A DNA stretch of 64,000 nucleotides from Clostridiales bacterium. GTDB taxonomy: Bacteria; Bacillota; Clostridia; Saccharofermentanales; Saccharofermentanaceae. The notes under the pieces are model-generated. The model was not told where the DNA came from, did no database searches, and saw only the letters and a program-made list of their open reading frames with translations. The first letter of the stretch is position 1. Every line of letters begins with the position of its first letter. The stretch spans positions 21,136-85,135 of the forward strand of contig JAFWQF010000080.1 of assembly GCA_017509205.1 (NCBI GenBank). Direction: 5' to 3'. Shown here in pieces: positions 37,437 through 46,880 of this stretch. The translations under genes were made by a program, and so were the position numbers.

Positions 37437-38346
37437 TCTCGAGAAAAGGATCTTAAAGGATATCGCGGAGCTCGATTCGCTCCCGGTCGGAGCTTTCAAC
37501 ATAAGGAACAACGGCGCGAGTGAGGCAAGGAACTCGACCGCGAACATCGACATCGAATCGCGTGAGGACGGCCAGGGCATCAACATCTATGTCAAGGACG
37601 GCACGAAGAACGAGTCCTGCCACATCCCGGTCATCATCAGCAAGTCCGGCCACAAGGAGACCGTTTACAACGAATTCTTCATCGGCGAGAACTGCGACGT
37701 CACGATCGTTGCGGGCTGCGGCATCAGCAACTGCGGCGGACATGACAGCCAGCACGACGGCGTTCATTCCTTCCATGTCGGAAAGAACTCACGCGTCAAA
37801 TACGTCGAAAAGCATTACGGCGAGGGCACCGGAACCGGCAAGAGGCTCATGAACCCCACGACTGAAGTAGAGCTCATGGAAGGCGCTACCATGGACATGG
37901 ACACTTCCCAGATCGCCGGAATCAACGATACACGCCGCATCACGAAGGCTACGGTTGGCCCCGGCGCGACACTTCTGCTGCATGACAAGATCCTCACGAA
38001 TCTTGACCAGACCGCAGCAGCCGAGATGATCATCTCATTAGACGGCGATGACTCAAAGTGCGACATCGTAAGCCGCGGCGTTGCAAAAGACAATTCAAAG
38101 CAGGATGTCATCATCGACATCTCAGGCAATGCAAAGTGCAGCGGCCATGCCGAGTGCGACTCCATCATCATGGACCACGGCATCATCATTGCAACGCCTA
38201 AGCTTGCAGCCACCAATGTTGACGCTTCACTGATCCATGAGGCCGCCATCGGAAAGATTGCGGGCGAGCAGATCACAAAGCTCATGACTCTCGGCCTCAA
38301 CGAGCAGCAGGCTGAGCAGAAGATCATAGAAGGGTTCCTCAGATAA
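37429..38346 (+). CDS. SufB/SufD-family Fe-S assembly protein (short form)
   Basis: IVAGCGI, VKYVEKHYG, GHAECDSII, LIHEAAIGKIAGEQITKLMTLGL...IIEGFL. Confidence 0.88.
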   Translation: MDDLEKRILKDIAELDSLPVGAFNIRNNGASEARNSTANIDIESREDGQGINIYVKDGTKNESCHIPVIISKSGHKETVYNEFFIGENCDVTIVAGCGISNCGGHDSQHDGVHSFHVGKNSRVKYVEKHYGEGTGTGKRLMNPTTEVELMEGATMDMDTSQIAGINDTRRITKATVGPGATLLLHDKILTNLDQTAAAEMIISLDGDDSKCDIVSRGVAKDNSKQDVIIDISGNAKCSGHAECDSIIMDHGIIIATPKLAATNVDASLIHEAAIGKIAGEQITKLMTLGLNEQQAEQKIIEGFLR

Positions 38347-38349
38347 GCA

Positions 38350-39219
38350 ATGCCTGAAAAGAAACCCAAGATCGGCCTCGTTCTGGAAGGCGGCGGAATG
38401 AAATGCGCGTACGGTGCGGGCATTCTTGACTGCTTTCTCGAGGCAGGGATCGAATTCGATTACTGCATAGGAGTTTCCGCAGGCTCCGGAAACGGCATGA
38501 GCTTCTTGGCAAAACAGCACGGAAGAAACCTGAGGTTTTATACGGAGCACACGAGCGATCCAAGATATTTCGGCCTTAAGCCTCTCATCGACGAGGGCGG
38601 GATATTCGGGATCGGATACATCTATAACGAGCTTTCGACGTCAATTGGAAAAGACCCGCTGGACTATGAGACGTTTGCCGCCAATCCCTGTGATTTCGAA
38701 GTCGTGGCGACCGATGCCGCGACGGGCAAAGCTGTATATTTTCAGAAATCCGACATCGAAAAAGACGACTACAGGGTCATCATGTGCTCGGCGTGTCTGC
38801 CTGCGGTCAGTAAGCCCGTGCAGTTCAGGGGCAGATACTATTTCGACGGCGGCGTCGCTGATTCCATTCCCTGTGACAGGGCTTTCGAAAAGGGATGCGA
38901 CAAGATAGTCGTCATCACATCCAAGCCCAGGGATTTTTTCAAAGAACCCGAGAGCTTCAAAGCGGCATACACCAAGGTCCTCAAGGACTGGCCCGAAACG
39001 ATAAAGGCAGTGGACAACAGGCATCTGACTTACCGCGAGGCGCAGAGGAAGATGTTCGGTTATGAGGCAAGGGGAACCGCGTTCCTATACTGCATGAGCA
39101 GGCCGATCAGGTCCTCGACTTACAACATGAACAGGAACACCGCGCAGGAGATGTACGATCTGGGCCGCAGGGACTATGTTTCCTCGCTTTCAGACCTGCA
39201 GAAATTTCTCAAAGTTTAA
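38350..39219 (+). CDS. Patatin-like phospholipase
   Basis: LVLEGGGMK, GVSAG, DGG. Confidence 0.92.
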   Translation: MPEKKPKIGLVLEGGGMKCAYGAGILDCFLEAGIEFDYCIGVSAGSGNGMSFLAKQHGRNLRFYTEHTSDPRYFGLKPLIDEGGIFGIGYIYNELSTSIGKDPLDYETFAANPCDFEVVATDAATGKAVYFQKSDIEKDDYRVIMCSACLPAVSKPVQFRGRYYFDGGVADSIPCDRAFEKGCDKIVVITSKPRDFFKEPESFKAAYTKVLKDWPETIKAVDNRHLTYREAQRKMFGYEARGTAFLYCMSRPIRSSTYNMNRNTAQEMYDLGRRDYVSSLSDLQKFLKV

Positions 39220-39293
39220 TTACAATTCATCCCGTTTGTGATAACATTGGATGTATACCTTTCAGGCATTTTTATTACATCGGGAGAGTTACC

Positions 39294-40304
39294 ATGGGAC
39301 TTAATTTCCGCAAATCCATCACACTTCTTAAAGGCGTAAAGCTTAACCTCAGCAAGTCTGGTCCGTCACTTTCATTCGGAAGATCAGGACTTCGCCAGTC
39401 CATCAACCTCAAGGGACAGGCACGCACTTCCGTGGGCATTCCCGGTACGGGCATTTACTATACAAAGAGCACCAACGTTAAGACACTTGCCAAGAAGGGC
39501 AAGGAGAAGCTCGATGAGCTGACTTCCAAGAAGAAGGGCAAGGGTGAGGAGCAGGCAGCTCTTCCCGCAGCAGCAGGCGCTGCAGCAACCGCAAAGGGCG
39601 CAAAGACAACAAAGGCAGCACCCGCAGTCAATCCCGATCTCGAGAAGAACCAGCAGCTCGTTGCAGAGTTTGAGGAGAGGATCGAAGCGGTCAAGTCAGT
39701 ACACAAGCAGAGCGACGGATACATCGACTGGGAACTCATCAAGAAGGGCGCAGGCAACAACAAGGAGCTCATTCCTTTCGCTGAGAGCGTTCTCGAGGGC
39801 AACATCGATTCCTACTTCAAGGTCATTGCAGAGGCAGGTCCGTTTGACGATCTTCTCGAATACGGTTCATCTTTCGAGGTCGGCACAGACGATCCTTCAA
39901 TGCTCGAGATCGAGTTCCGCGTAATGAGCGATCAGGTAATCCCTGAGAACAAGCTCTCCCTCAAGGCTGACGGATCTCTCGTCGAGAAGCCTTTCACAAA
40001 GACAGAATACTATGAACTCGTTCAGGACTACGTTGCGAGCACGATCCTCCGTGTTGCACGCGACTCCTTCGCACTTCTCCCGATCCAGAAGGTCATCATC
40101 CACGCGGTAGATTTCAAGCTCAACACAGCTACCGGAAATGAGGACGAGATCACCATCGTTTCAGTCAAGATCAAGCGTGACGCGCTCATGACCATCAACT
40201 TTGAGAGGATCGATCCTTCTGACTGTCTCGGAGGCTTTGAGATCAACGAGAAGTTCAAGAAGACCAGCGGTTATGCTCCCGTAGACAGGCTTCTCCCTGA
40301 TTAA
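39294..40304 (+). CDS. DUF4236-domain protein
   Basis: N-terminal FRKSI...LNLSKSG...GIPGTGIYY; uncharacterised C-terminal domain. Confidence 0.75.
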   Translation: MGLNFRKSITLLKGVKLNLSKSGPSLSFGRSGLRQSINLKGQARTSVGIPGTGIYYTKSTNVKTLAKKGKEKLDELTSKKKGKGEEQAALPAAAGAAATAKGAKTTKAAPAVNPDLEKNQQLVAEFEERIEAVKSVHKQSDGYIDWELIKKGAGNNKELIPFAESVLEGNIDSYFKVIAEAGPFDDLLEYGSSFEVGTDDPSMLEIEFRVMSDQVIPENKLSLKADGSLVEKPFTKTEYYELVQDYVASTILRVARDSFALLPIQKVIIHAVDFKLNTATGNEDEITIVSVKIKRDALMTINFERIDPSDCLGGFEINEKFKKTSGYAPVDRLLPD

Positions 40305-40418
40305 CGCAATATTAAGTAACTGATAACTTTTAACAAATTGAGGTTCGTTTCAATTGTGATAAACAGGACCGCATATTAGAATAACCTTAACTATTACGGG
40401 CAGTTTAAGAGGTGACTG

Positions 40419-43400
40419 ATGGTAAGACGCAAGCGGGTCGCGATACTTGTCGGTCAGGGTGACGAGTATTATCAGGCCGAATTCATCTGCGGTTTTGAGA
40501 AGCAGGCTTTCAGCTTTGACTGGGACGTCTGCGTCTTTTCCATGTACCAGAAGTACCAGAGCAGCACCGCGCGTGAGCAGGGCGAAGCTTCGATATTCTC
40601 CCTCGTTCCCTATGAAGACTTTGACGGCATAATCCTCATGCTCGATACCATCCAGACGCCGGGTCTTGCGGACGCTGTGGAGGAAGCCGCTCATAAGAGA
40701 GCAAAGTGTCCCGTTATCTCAGTAGACAAAAAGAGCAAGTATTTCCATTCGATCTTCCCGGATCACTATAAAGGCGTGAAGTATCTTGTAAGCCACCTCA
40801 TCGAGAAGCACGGCTTCAAGGACATCGCTTTCCTGACAGGCAAGGCATGGCATCCCTATTCCAAGCAGAGGATGCAGGCCTATAAGGATGCGATGGCTGA
40901 GCACGGCCTGACGATACAACCAAACCGCCAGTTCTACGGTGATTTCTGGTATACGAGCGGTGAGAACCTGGGCGACCGTCTTGCCAGGAACAGGGACGAT
41001 CTGCCAGAAGCCATCGCATGTGCCAATGACTGCATGGCAATAGGTGTCTGCAAGGGCCTTACCCAAAACGGCATCAGAGTCCCCGAGGACATCGCTGTAG
41101 TAGGATACGATTCAAACGAGGAAGGCCGTCTTTCTCCCGTTCCGATCACTTCCGTGAGGCTCCCCGCCGCGGAATTCGGAAAATATGCCGCCGAAGCGAT
41201 ATCTGCAATGTCCGAAGGCAAAGAACCCGAACCGTTCTCTTCACCGGTAATCGAGTTCACGGGCAAGAGCTGCGGATGCGAGATGGATCCGAAGGACCTG
41301 GCTCCTGCACTCCGCCCGGTATGGGATACCAACATTTCGAGCAACAGTGTTTTTTCGAACTTCAACCATTTAGAAGACGATATCCTTTCAAAGAGCGATC
41401 TTTACGGCGTCGTCAGCACGCTTTTCACATATGTATACCAGTTAAGGGAATTCGAGAGCTTCAGTCTCTGCATCAATGACGCATGGGACCACTACGGAAC
41501 GAATGCCGAAGAGAGCGTTTTGGACGACGGTTCCGTAATTCCGAGGACCGATTCCAGCGAAAAGCACATTGGTCCTGATTTCCTCGCGGATCCCGGAAAG
41601 TTCTTCCCTATGAAGATGGCGGAAGTCATGAGCTGCAGGCCCGAAAAGCTTAACCGTGACAGGATCTCCCTTGAAAGCTTCTTTGACAGGGACAGCCTCA
41701 TTCCGAGGCTCGATGAGGACAGGCCTTCTCCTGAGGCATTCATTTTCACGCCCCTGCATTTCGATCACAGATGCTACGGATATGCTGTGATCTCGTTTAC
41801 TGAGCCTTCCTCTTACAAGGAGAACTACAGGATCTGGCTCAGAGGCGTAATGAGAGGCCTTGAGACGTTAAGACGCGAGATCGTCCTGAAGAGGAAGAAT
41901 GAGATCCTCGAATCCAATCTCATCAGAGACCCGCTGACAGGTCTGTATAATTACAGAGGCTTTAACCAGAAGGCCGAAGGAATTCTTGCCATGTACATGG
42001 GCAAGAAGATCACGACGATCGGTGCGGTTGCCGCTGACCTGAGAAACCTTGCTGACATAAATTCCAAAGACGGCAGACTTGCAGGCGACAAGGCGATCAT
42101 CCACCTCGGAAGGTTCATGCAGGAAGCATTCCCGGAAGGCTATGTTTTCTCGTTCGGAAACGGCGAGATCATCGTCATCGACAACCTGACGGATGACAGC
42201 AAGAAGAGAGTGGAGGAGGCCGTTGCCGGCGTCCGCGAAAAGCTGTCCGCGTATACCACATATCAGAACTACAGCGTGCCGCTCGACATCTATTTCGGAT
42301 ATGCCGAAGGAAAGCCTGAAGACAGGAACGATTTCGAGAGGATCGCGAGCATCGCGGTAACCAACAAGAACGCATACAAGCTCCGCATCAGAAGCCTAGG
42401 AGAGAATACCTCCGAAGTGGACAACAAGAAGCAGGCTGACCTGGTCAATGAGATCCTTGACCAGAACAAGATCAACTATCACTTCCAGCCGATCGTTGAC
42501 GCTCACACCGGTGACATCTTTGCTTACGAGGCGCTGATGAGAGCCGATGTAACCCCGTACATCCAGCCGCCCGTCGTGCTCAAATACGCAGGCCTTTTCG
42601 GAAGGCTTTACGACGTTGAGGCAGCCACGTTCAGGAACATCCTCAATATCATCGACACCAGGACGGATGAATTTGCTGAAGGCTCAAAGGTCTTTATCAA
42701 CAGCATTCCCGGACAGCACCTGAAGGGTGATGACTTGGAAAACCTCGTTACCATGACCAAGCGTCTCGGCAACAGGATCGTTGTTGAATTCACGGAGCAG
42801 GATGAGATCGCCGGGGATGAGCTCGCATATCTGAAAAAGAGTTACAGCGACATGGGCGTCGACATCGCGATCGACGACTACGGAACCGGATATTCAAACG
42901 TCAGCAACCTGTTGAACTACATGCCGAAATACCTCAAGATCGACAGATCCCTCATCTCGGAGATCCAGACATCCACGCAGAAACAGCACTTCGTCAGGGA
43001 GATCATATCCTTCTCACACGAGAACGGCATTCAGGTCCTTGCAGAAGGCGTTGAGACACAGGAAGAATTGGCCGCTTCGATCCACCTGGGCGTCGATCTG
43101 ATCCAGGGATACTATACCGCCAGACCTTCCGCCAAGATCGTCAGTGAGATCGATACGGGCATCAGGGATGAGATCCTCAGGTATAACCGCCTTGAAAAAG
43201 ACGAGCACAACAAGAGCGTCTACGTTGCGGGCAGGGAGGCGAGAGTCCAGCTTCAGAGCCTTATCTCCGGCGATACCAAGAGCATCAGGGTCACCAACGG
43301 CGAGGTTACTTTCAGAGACATCACGATCACGGGCATTCCCGGAGTCACATCATCGATCTGCCTGAACATCGATGACGGTTACAGCGGACGCATAATGCTC

Positions 43401-44282
43401 GAGAACGTTTACTTCTCAGGCAAGGACAGGAAAGCTGCGGTCGTCATTGGTGAGAACTGCGACATAACGCTCGTTCTCAAGGGTGAGAACATCATGGACG
43501 GCGGAGGCATCCTCGTGCCCGAGACTTCAAAACTCGTAATCGAGGGCGACGGCAACCTTAACATTACGGTCAACGACATCGAGGCTTTCGGCATCGGCAA
43601 CGGTCCGAGCGCAAAGGCCGGAAGCATTACCTTCGATCAGGACGGAACGGTCGAAGTCTCTCTCAATGCTTCAAGAGGCATATGCATCGGAGGCGGCTTC
43701 GGAGCTGATCTCACGTTCAAGAGGGGAAGGTATTTCCTCAAGATGTCCGGCCAGCAGGGTATCGGCATCGGTACGATCACCGGTGATTTCGCGCCTGTCG
43801 TTACCAACTGCCTGATCAACCTTTCATCCAACATGATGACCTCTGTCGGCATCGGTTCGCTGGAAGGCAATCTGGACATGAAGATAGAGCATATCGCGTT
43901 CATCTCTGATTCCAGGGGCAATGACGTTTCGGTTTTCGGAAACATCAGAAGAGGCAAATCGAAGATCAACATCTACAGCGTCACTCTTCAGAGCAAGTTC
44001 AGCGCGTCGAACGGCATAATGTTCGGTTCGCTCGACTGTTCGCCTTCTGACATTCATCTTGAATATTCGACGGTAAGGGCTGAATGCGACGGACGTCAGG
44101 TCTCGCTGTTCAGAGGAACCCAGACGAGTTCCGTGCTTTCGCTCACCGAATGCAGCATCGACGGAAAGATCGAATCTTCCGAGAAGCCCCCGCTCGATCT
44201 TGATGCAATGGATTTCAAGCACAGCAAAGTCGGTGTCATGATCGACATCAACGGCGAGGCGAAATACCGTAATTCCTACTGA
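40419..44282 (+). CDS. LacI-type ligand-binding domain / degenerate GGDEF / EAL / C-terminal repeat domain protein
   Basis: DGII, IAFLTG, ANDCMAIG, VPEDIAVVGYD; DPLTGLYN with FGNGE; EAL, DDYGTGYS, AEGVET, QGYY. Confidence 0.88.
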   Translation: MVRRKRVAILVGQGDEYYQAEFICGFEKQAFSFDWDVCVFSMYQKYQSSTAREQGEASIFSLVPYEDFDGIILMLDTIQTPGLADAVEEAAHKRAKCPVISVDKKSKYFHSIFPDHYKGVKYLVSHLIEKHGFKDIAFLTGKAWHPYSKQRMQAYKDAMAEHGLTIQPNRQFYGDFWYTSGENLGDRLARNRDDLPEAIACANDCMAIGVCKGLTQNGIRVPEDIAVVGYDSNEEGRLSPVPITSVRLPAAEFGKYAAEAISAMSEGKEPEPFSSPVIEFTGKSCGCEMDPKDLAPALRPVWDTNISSNSVFSNFNHLEDDILSKSDLYGVVSTLFTYVYQLREFESFSLCINDAWDHYGTNAEESVLDDGSVIPRTDSSEKHIGPDFLADPGKFFPMKMAEVMSCRPEKLNRDRISLESFFDRDSLIPRLDEDRPSPEAFIFTPLHFDHRCYGYAVISFTEPSSYKENYRIWLRGVMRGLETLRREIVLKRKNEILESNLIRDPLTGLYNYRGFNQKAEGILAMYMGKKITTIGAVAADLRNLADINSKDGRLAGDKAIIHLGRFMQEAFPEGYVFSFGNGEIIVIDNLTDDSKKRVEEAVAGVREKLSAYTTYQNYSVPLDIYFGYAEGKPEDRNDFERIASIAVTNKNAYKLRIRSLGENTSEVDNKKQADLVNEILDQNKINYHFQPIVDAHTGDIFAYEALMRADVTPYIQPPVVLKYAGLFGRLYDVEAATFRNILNIIDTRTDEFAEGSKVFINSIPGQHLKGDDLENLVTMTKRLGNRIVVEFTEQDEIAGDELAYLKKSYSDMGVDIAIDDYGTGYSNVSNLLNYMPKYLKIDRSLISEIQTSTQKQHFVREIISFSHENGIQVLAEGVETQEELAASIHLGVDLIQGYYTARPSAKIVSEIDTGIRDEILRYNRLEKDEHNKSVYVAGREARVQLQSLISGDTKSIRVTNGEVTFRDITITGIPGVTSSICLNIDDGYSGRIMLENVYFSGKDRKAAVVIGENCDITLVLKGENIMDGGGILVPETSKLVIEGDGNLNITVNDIEAFGIGNGPSAKAGSITFDQDGTVEVSLNASRGICIGGGFGADLTFKRGRYFLKMSGQQGIGIGTITGDFAPVVTNCLINLSSNMMTSVGIGSLEGNLDMKIEHIAFISDSRGNDVSVFGNIRRGKSKINIYSVTLQSKFSASNGIMFGSLDCSPSDIHLEYSTVRAECDGRQVSLFRGTQTSSVLSLTECSIDGKIESSEKPPLDLDAMDFKHSKVGVMIDINGEAKYRNSY

Positions 44283-44291
44283 GTTTTAATA

Positions 44292-45059
44292 TCAATCCTT
44301 GAGATCGATGAAGACCGGACAGTGATCCGATCCCATTACGTCGCTCATCATGTTGGATTCTTTGATATCAGGGAGAAGTCCTTTGGTAGCGAAGAAATAG
44401 TCTATCCTCCAGCCTACATTCCTTGATCTTGCTGCTGTCTTGTAAGACCACCAGGTGTAGCATTCCGGCTTGTCGGGATAGAGCATCCTGAAAGTGTCAG
44501 TAAGGCCTGCTTCCGCGAAATGGTCCATGTAGACGCGCTCCTCGGGAAGGAAGCCTGATATCTTTGAATTTGCCTTGGGGTTGGAAAGGTCGATCTCTTT
44601 ATGTGCGGTGTTAACGTCGCCGCAGCAGATGACCTCGCGTCCCTTTGATTCCAATTCTCTTACGCGGTCAAGGAAGCAGTCGTAGAACCTGAGCTTGAAC
44701 TTGACGAAATCGTCGCCCCTTCCGCCGTTTGGGAAGTAGATGTTGAACAGTACGAATTTGCCGAAATCCGCGCAGATCGTTCTTCCTTCGTGATCGAACT
44801 CATCCGTTCCGAGGCCGAACGTGACGTCTTTGGGCTCGATCCTTGAATAGAGCGCGGTGCCGGAATAGCCCTTGCGCTCAGCGGAATAAAACCAGCTCTT
44901 GTAGCCTTCGAGTTCCGTTATCTCAGGCCCTAGCTGATCGATCTGGGCCTTGGTCTCCTGAATGCCGATGATGTCGGCGTTCATTGCCTTTACGGAATCC
45001 GCAAAGCCTTTTCCCGCCACTGCCCTGATGCCGTTTACATTCCAGCTTACTATTCTCAT
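44292..45059 (-). CDS. xth: Exodeoxyribonuclease III (AP endonuclease)
   Basis: SWNVNGIRA, QETK, GYSG, GDVNTAH, GWRIDYF, SDHCPV. Confidence 0.95.
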   Translation of the reverse strand: MRIVSWNVNGIRAVAGKGFADSVKAMNADIIGIQETKAQIDQLGPEITELEGYKSWFYSAERKGYSGTALYSRIEPKDVTFGLGTDEFDHEGRTICADFGKFVLFNIYFPNGGRGDDFVKFKLRFYDCFLDRVRELESKGREVICCGDVNTAHKEIDLSNPKANSKISGFLPEERVYMDHFAEAGLTDTFRMLYPDKPECYTWWSYKTAARSRNVGWRIDYFFATKGLLPDIKESNMMSDVMGSDHCPVFIDLKD

Positions 45060-45122
45060 ATGATGCCTCGTGTTCTATAATTTATGCGTGTATTTTACCC
45101 TAAAAAGAGAGGCGCACCAACA

Positions 45123-45980
45123 GTGGCAAAACTGCTCGTGACAGTATCAGGCGGAACGGTCTCATCGTCAGTCAGAGACGGTCTTGTAATGCTCGAAAAT
45201 GAGTCTCCTGCAGCTTCCTATCTTAAGAAAAAGGCGGCGGAGATAGAATTCATAGCGCCCGCGAACTACTCATCCGAAAACGCGCGACCCGAGGATTACA
45301 GAGACGTTCTCAAGGCCGTGTCGGAGGCTGCCTCAAAGAGCCGTCCTGACGGCATCCTGATCCTTCACGGAACCGATACTATGGCATATTTTGCACAGCT
45401 TGCGGTAAGGGCTCTGAGCCACATGGGTATCCCTTTCGTGATCACGGGCTCGAAGATCCCGCCTGACAGCGAAGGAACGGATGCTTTCAAGAACATAGAT
45501 TATGCCGTGGAGCAGGTCACCGGAGGCAGCAGCGGTGTTGTCTTTACGACGCACGACGGCATTCAGACGATAATTCCTGCAGGCAAGGTCACGTCTCCTG
45601 ATATCTACGGGGATTACGGCATCTGGCCTGACAGCGCTGATACTGATTTTGCTTCTGACAAGTACAAAGAGGCGGCAGAAGCGTTTTTCGCCGCTGAAAA
45701 GCTCCACAGGATACAGGTCATACCGGCCGCGCCAACGCCCGGAATCCTCGATGAAGGATTCGACACGGTGCTCATCACCTGCCACCATTCGGGAACCGCT
45801 GACGTCAAGCTCGTTCCCAAGGTCAGGAAATGGCACGCAAAGGGCATCAGGTGTTTCATGGCCCCGGTTCCCAGGAATTCAAACATCTACGAAAGCCGCG
45901 CAATGCTCGAGGCGGCAGGATGCATCGCCCTGCCCGGAATGCCTCCCGAAGGCGCGTGGGCGCAGGCTCTCATCACATGA
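45123..45980 (+). CDS. L-asparaginase type I family protein
   Basis: Start moved to GTG 45123; SGGTV, HGTDTMAY, TGSKIP. Confidence 0.8.
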   Translation: MAKLLVTVSGGTVSSSVRDGLVMLENESPAASYLKKKAAEIEFIAPANYSSENARPEDYRDVLKAVSEAASKSRPDGILILHGTDTMAYFAQLAVRALSHMGIPFVITGSKIPPDSEGTDAFKNIDYAVEQVTGGSSGVVFTTHDGIQTIIPAGKVTSPDIYGDYGIWPDSADTDFASDKYKEAAEAFFAAEKLHRIQVIPAAPTPGILDEGFDTVLITCHHSGTADVKLVPKVRKWHAKGIRCFMAPVPRNSNIYESRAMLEAAGCIALPGMPPEGAWAQALIT

Positions 45981-46588
45981 ACAAAGGCCGCTGCCTTGAA
46001 AATCCCCCTTCGATAGACGGAAGTTTCGGCGGAAGCCAGATGTGGGTTTCCGAAAAGCTCATGCAGGAATGCGGCTGCGGCATCATTGCAGGACTCGATG
46101 CTGTTTTGAGATATGAGGGTCTGGCTGAACTATCCAGGGAAGAATACCTTAAGAGGTTTGACGAGGCGGCCCGCTATATCAGACCGATCGTTCTTTCGCG
46201 CGATCCCGAAAAACCGAAGAGCTTCGGGGTGAGCACGGCGGGCTTTAAAAGAGGCATCAGGAAATATGCTGCTTCACGCGGCCTTGGCATCAGGGTCAAG
46301 GGCTTTATCTTCGATTACGAGAACAAGGTCAGGCATTATCTTTCTTTGGGAGTGCCTGTTGCCGCGCTTATCGCGGCTCCCCTGAAGAACGTCACCCTGG
46401 TCAACTGCAACGGGGCCGGCAGCAGCATAGGTTTTCACTGGGTCACATGCACCGGGATAGACGATAAGCACCTTGAGGTGTCATCCTGGGGCGGAAAGCA
46501 CACGATAGAGCTGACGGATCTCGACAGGGCCTCCGCGGGAGTCAGGTTTTACGCGGTGCTTCCTTTGAAATTGCAAGAAAGTCCCTGA
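45977..46588 (+). CDS. Hypothetical protein, possible papain/C39-like Cys peptidase fold
   Basis: ATGA overlap with the asparaginase stop; GGSQxW...GCGIIA, FHWV and SSWG pattern. Confidence 0.45.
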   Translation: MNKGRCLENPPSIDGSFGGSQMWVSEKLMQECGCGIIAGLDAVLRYEGLAELSREEYLKRFDEAARYIRPIVLSRDPEKPKSFGVSTAGFKRGIRKYAASRGLGIRVKGFIFDYENKVRHYLSLGVPVAALIAAPLKNVTLVNCNGAGSSIGFHWVTCTGIDDKHLEVSSWGGKHTIELTDLDRASAGVRFYAVLPLKLQESP

Positions 46589-46599
46589 TGTAATAATAT
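46571..46599 (+). promoter_or_regulatory. Possible sigma-A promoter for the ACP-KS-KR-flavoprotein cluster
   Basis: TTGCAA 46571-76, 17-bp spacer, TAATAT 46594-99. Confidence 0.4.
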
Positions 46600-46633
46600 T
46601 ATTTAGTTTAGAAAGCGTTTGGAGGAATTCTTC

Positions 46634-46879
46634 ATGAATGAGGAAATTGCAGCAAAGATAAAGAAGATGCTCGTTGAGAGACTCAGGATCCCTGAGGATG
46701 AGCTTGAATATGATTCAGAACTCTTCGGAGAGGACATAGGACTTGATTCCATCGATTCCATCGAGATCATCGTAGGTCTCGAGGATCTGTTCGGAGTTGA
46801 CATGTCCGGTTCCGGCAAAGAGAACTTCCAGTCCATCAGGACACTTACCCAGTACGTAGAAGAACATAAAGAGGACTGA
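46634..46879 (+). CDS. Acyl carrier protein, aryl-polyene/type II PKS-like
   Basis: LFGEDIGLDSIDSIE with the phosphopantetheine Ser; RBS GGAGG. Confidence 0.88.
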   Translation: MNEEIAAKIKKMLVERLRIPEDELEYDSELFGEDIGLDSIDSIEIIVGLEDLFGVDMSGSGKENFQSIRTLTQYVEEHKED

Positions 46880-46880
46880 T

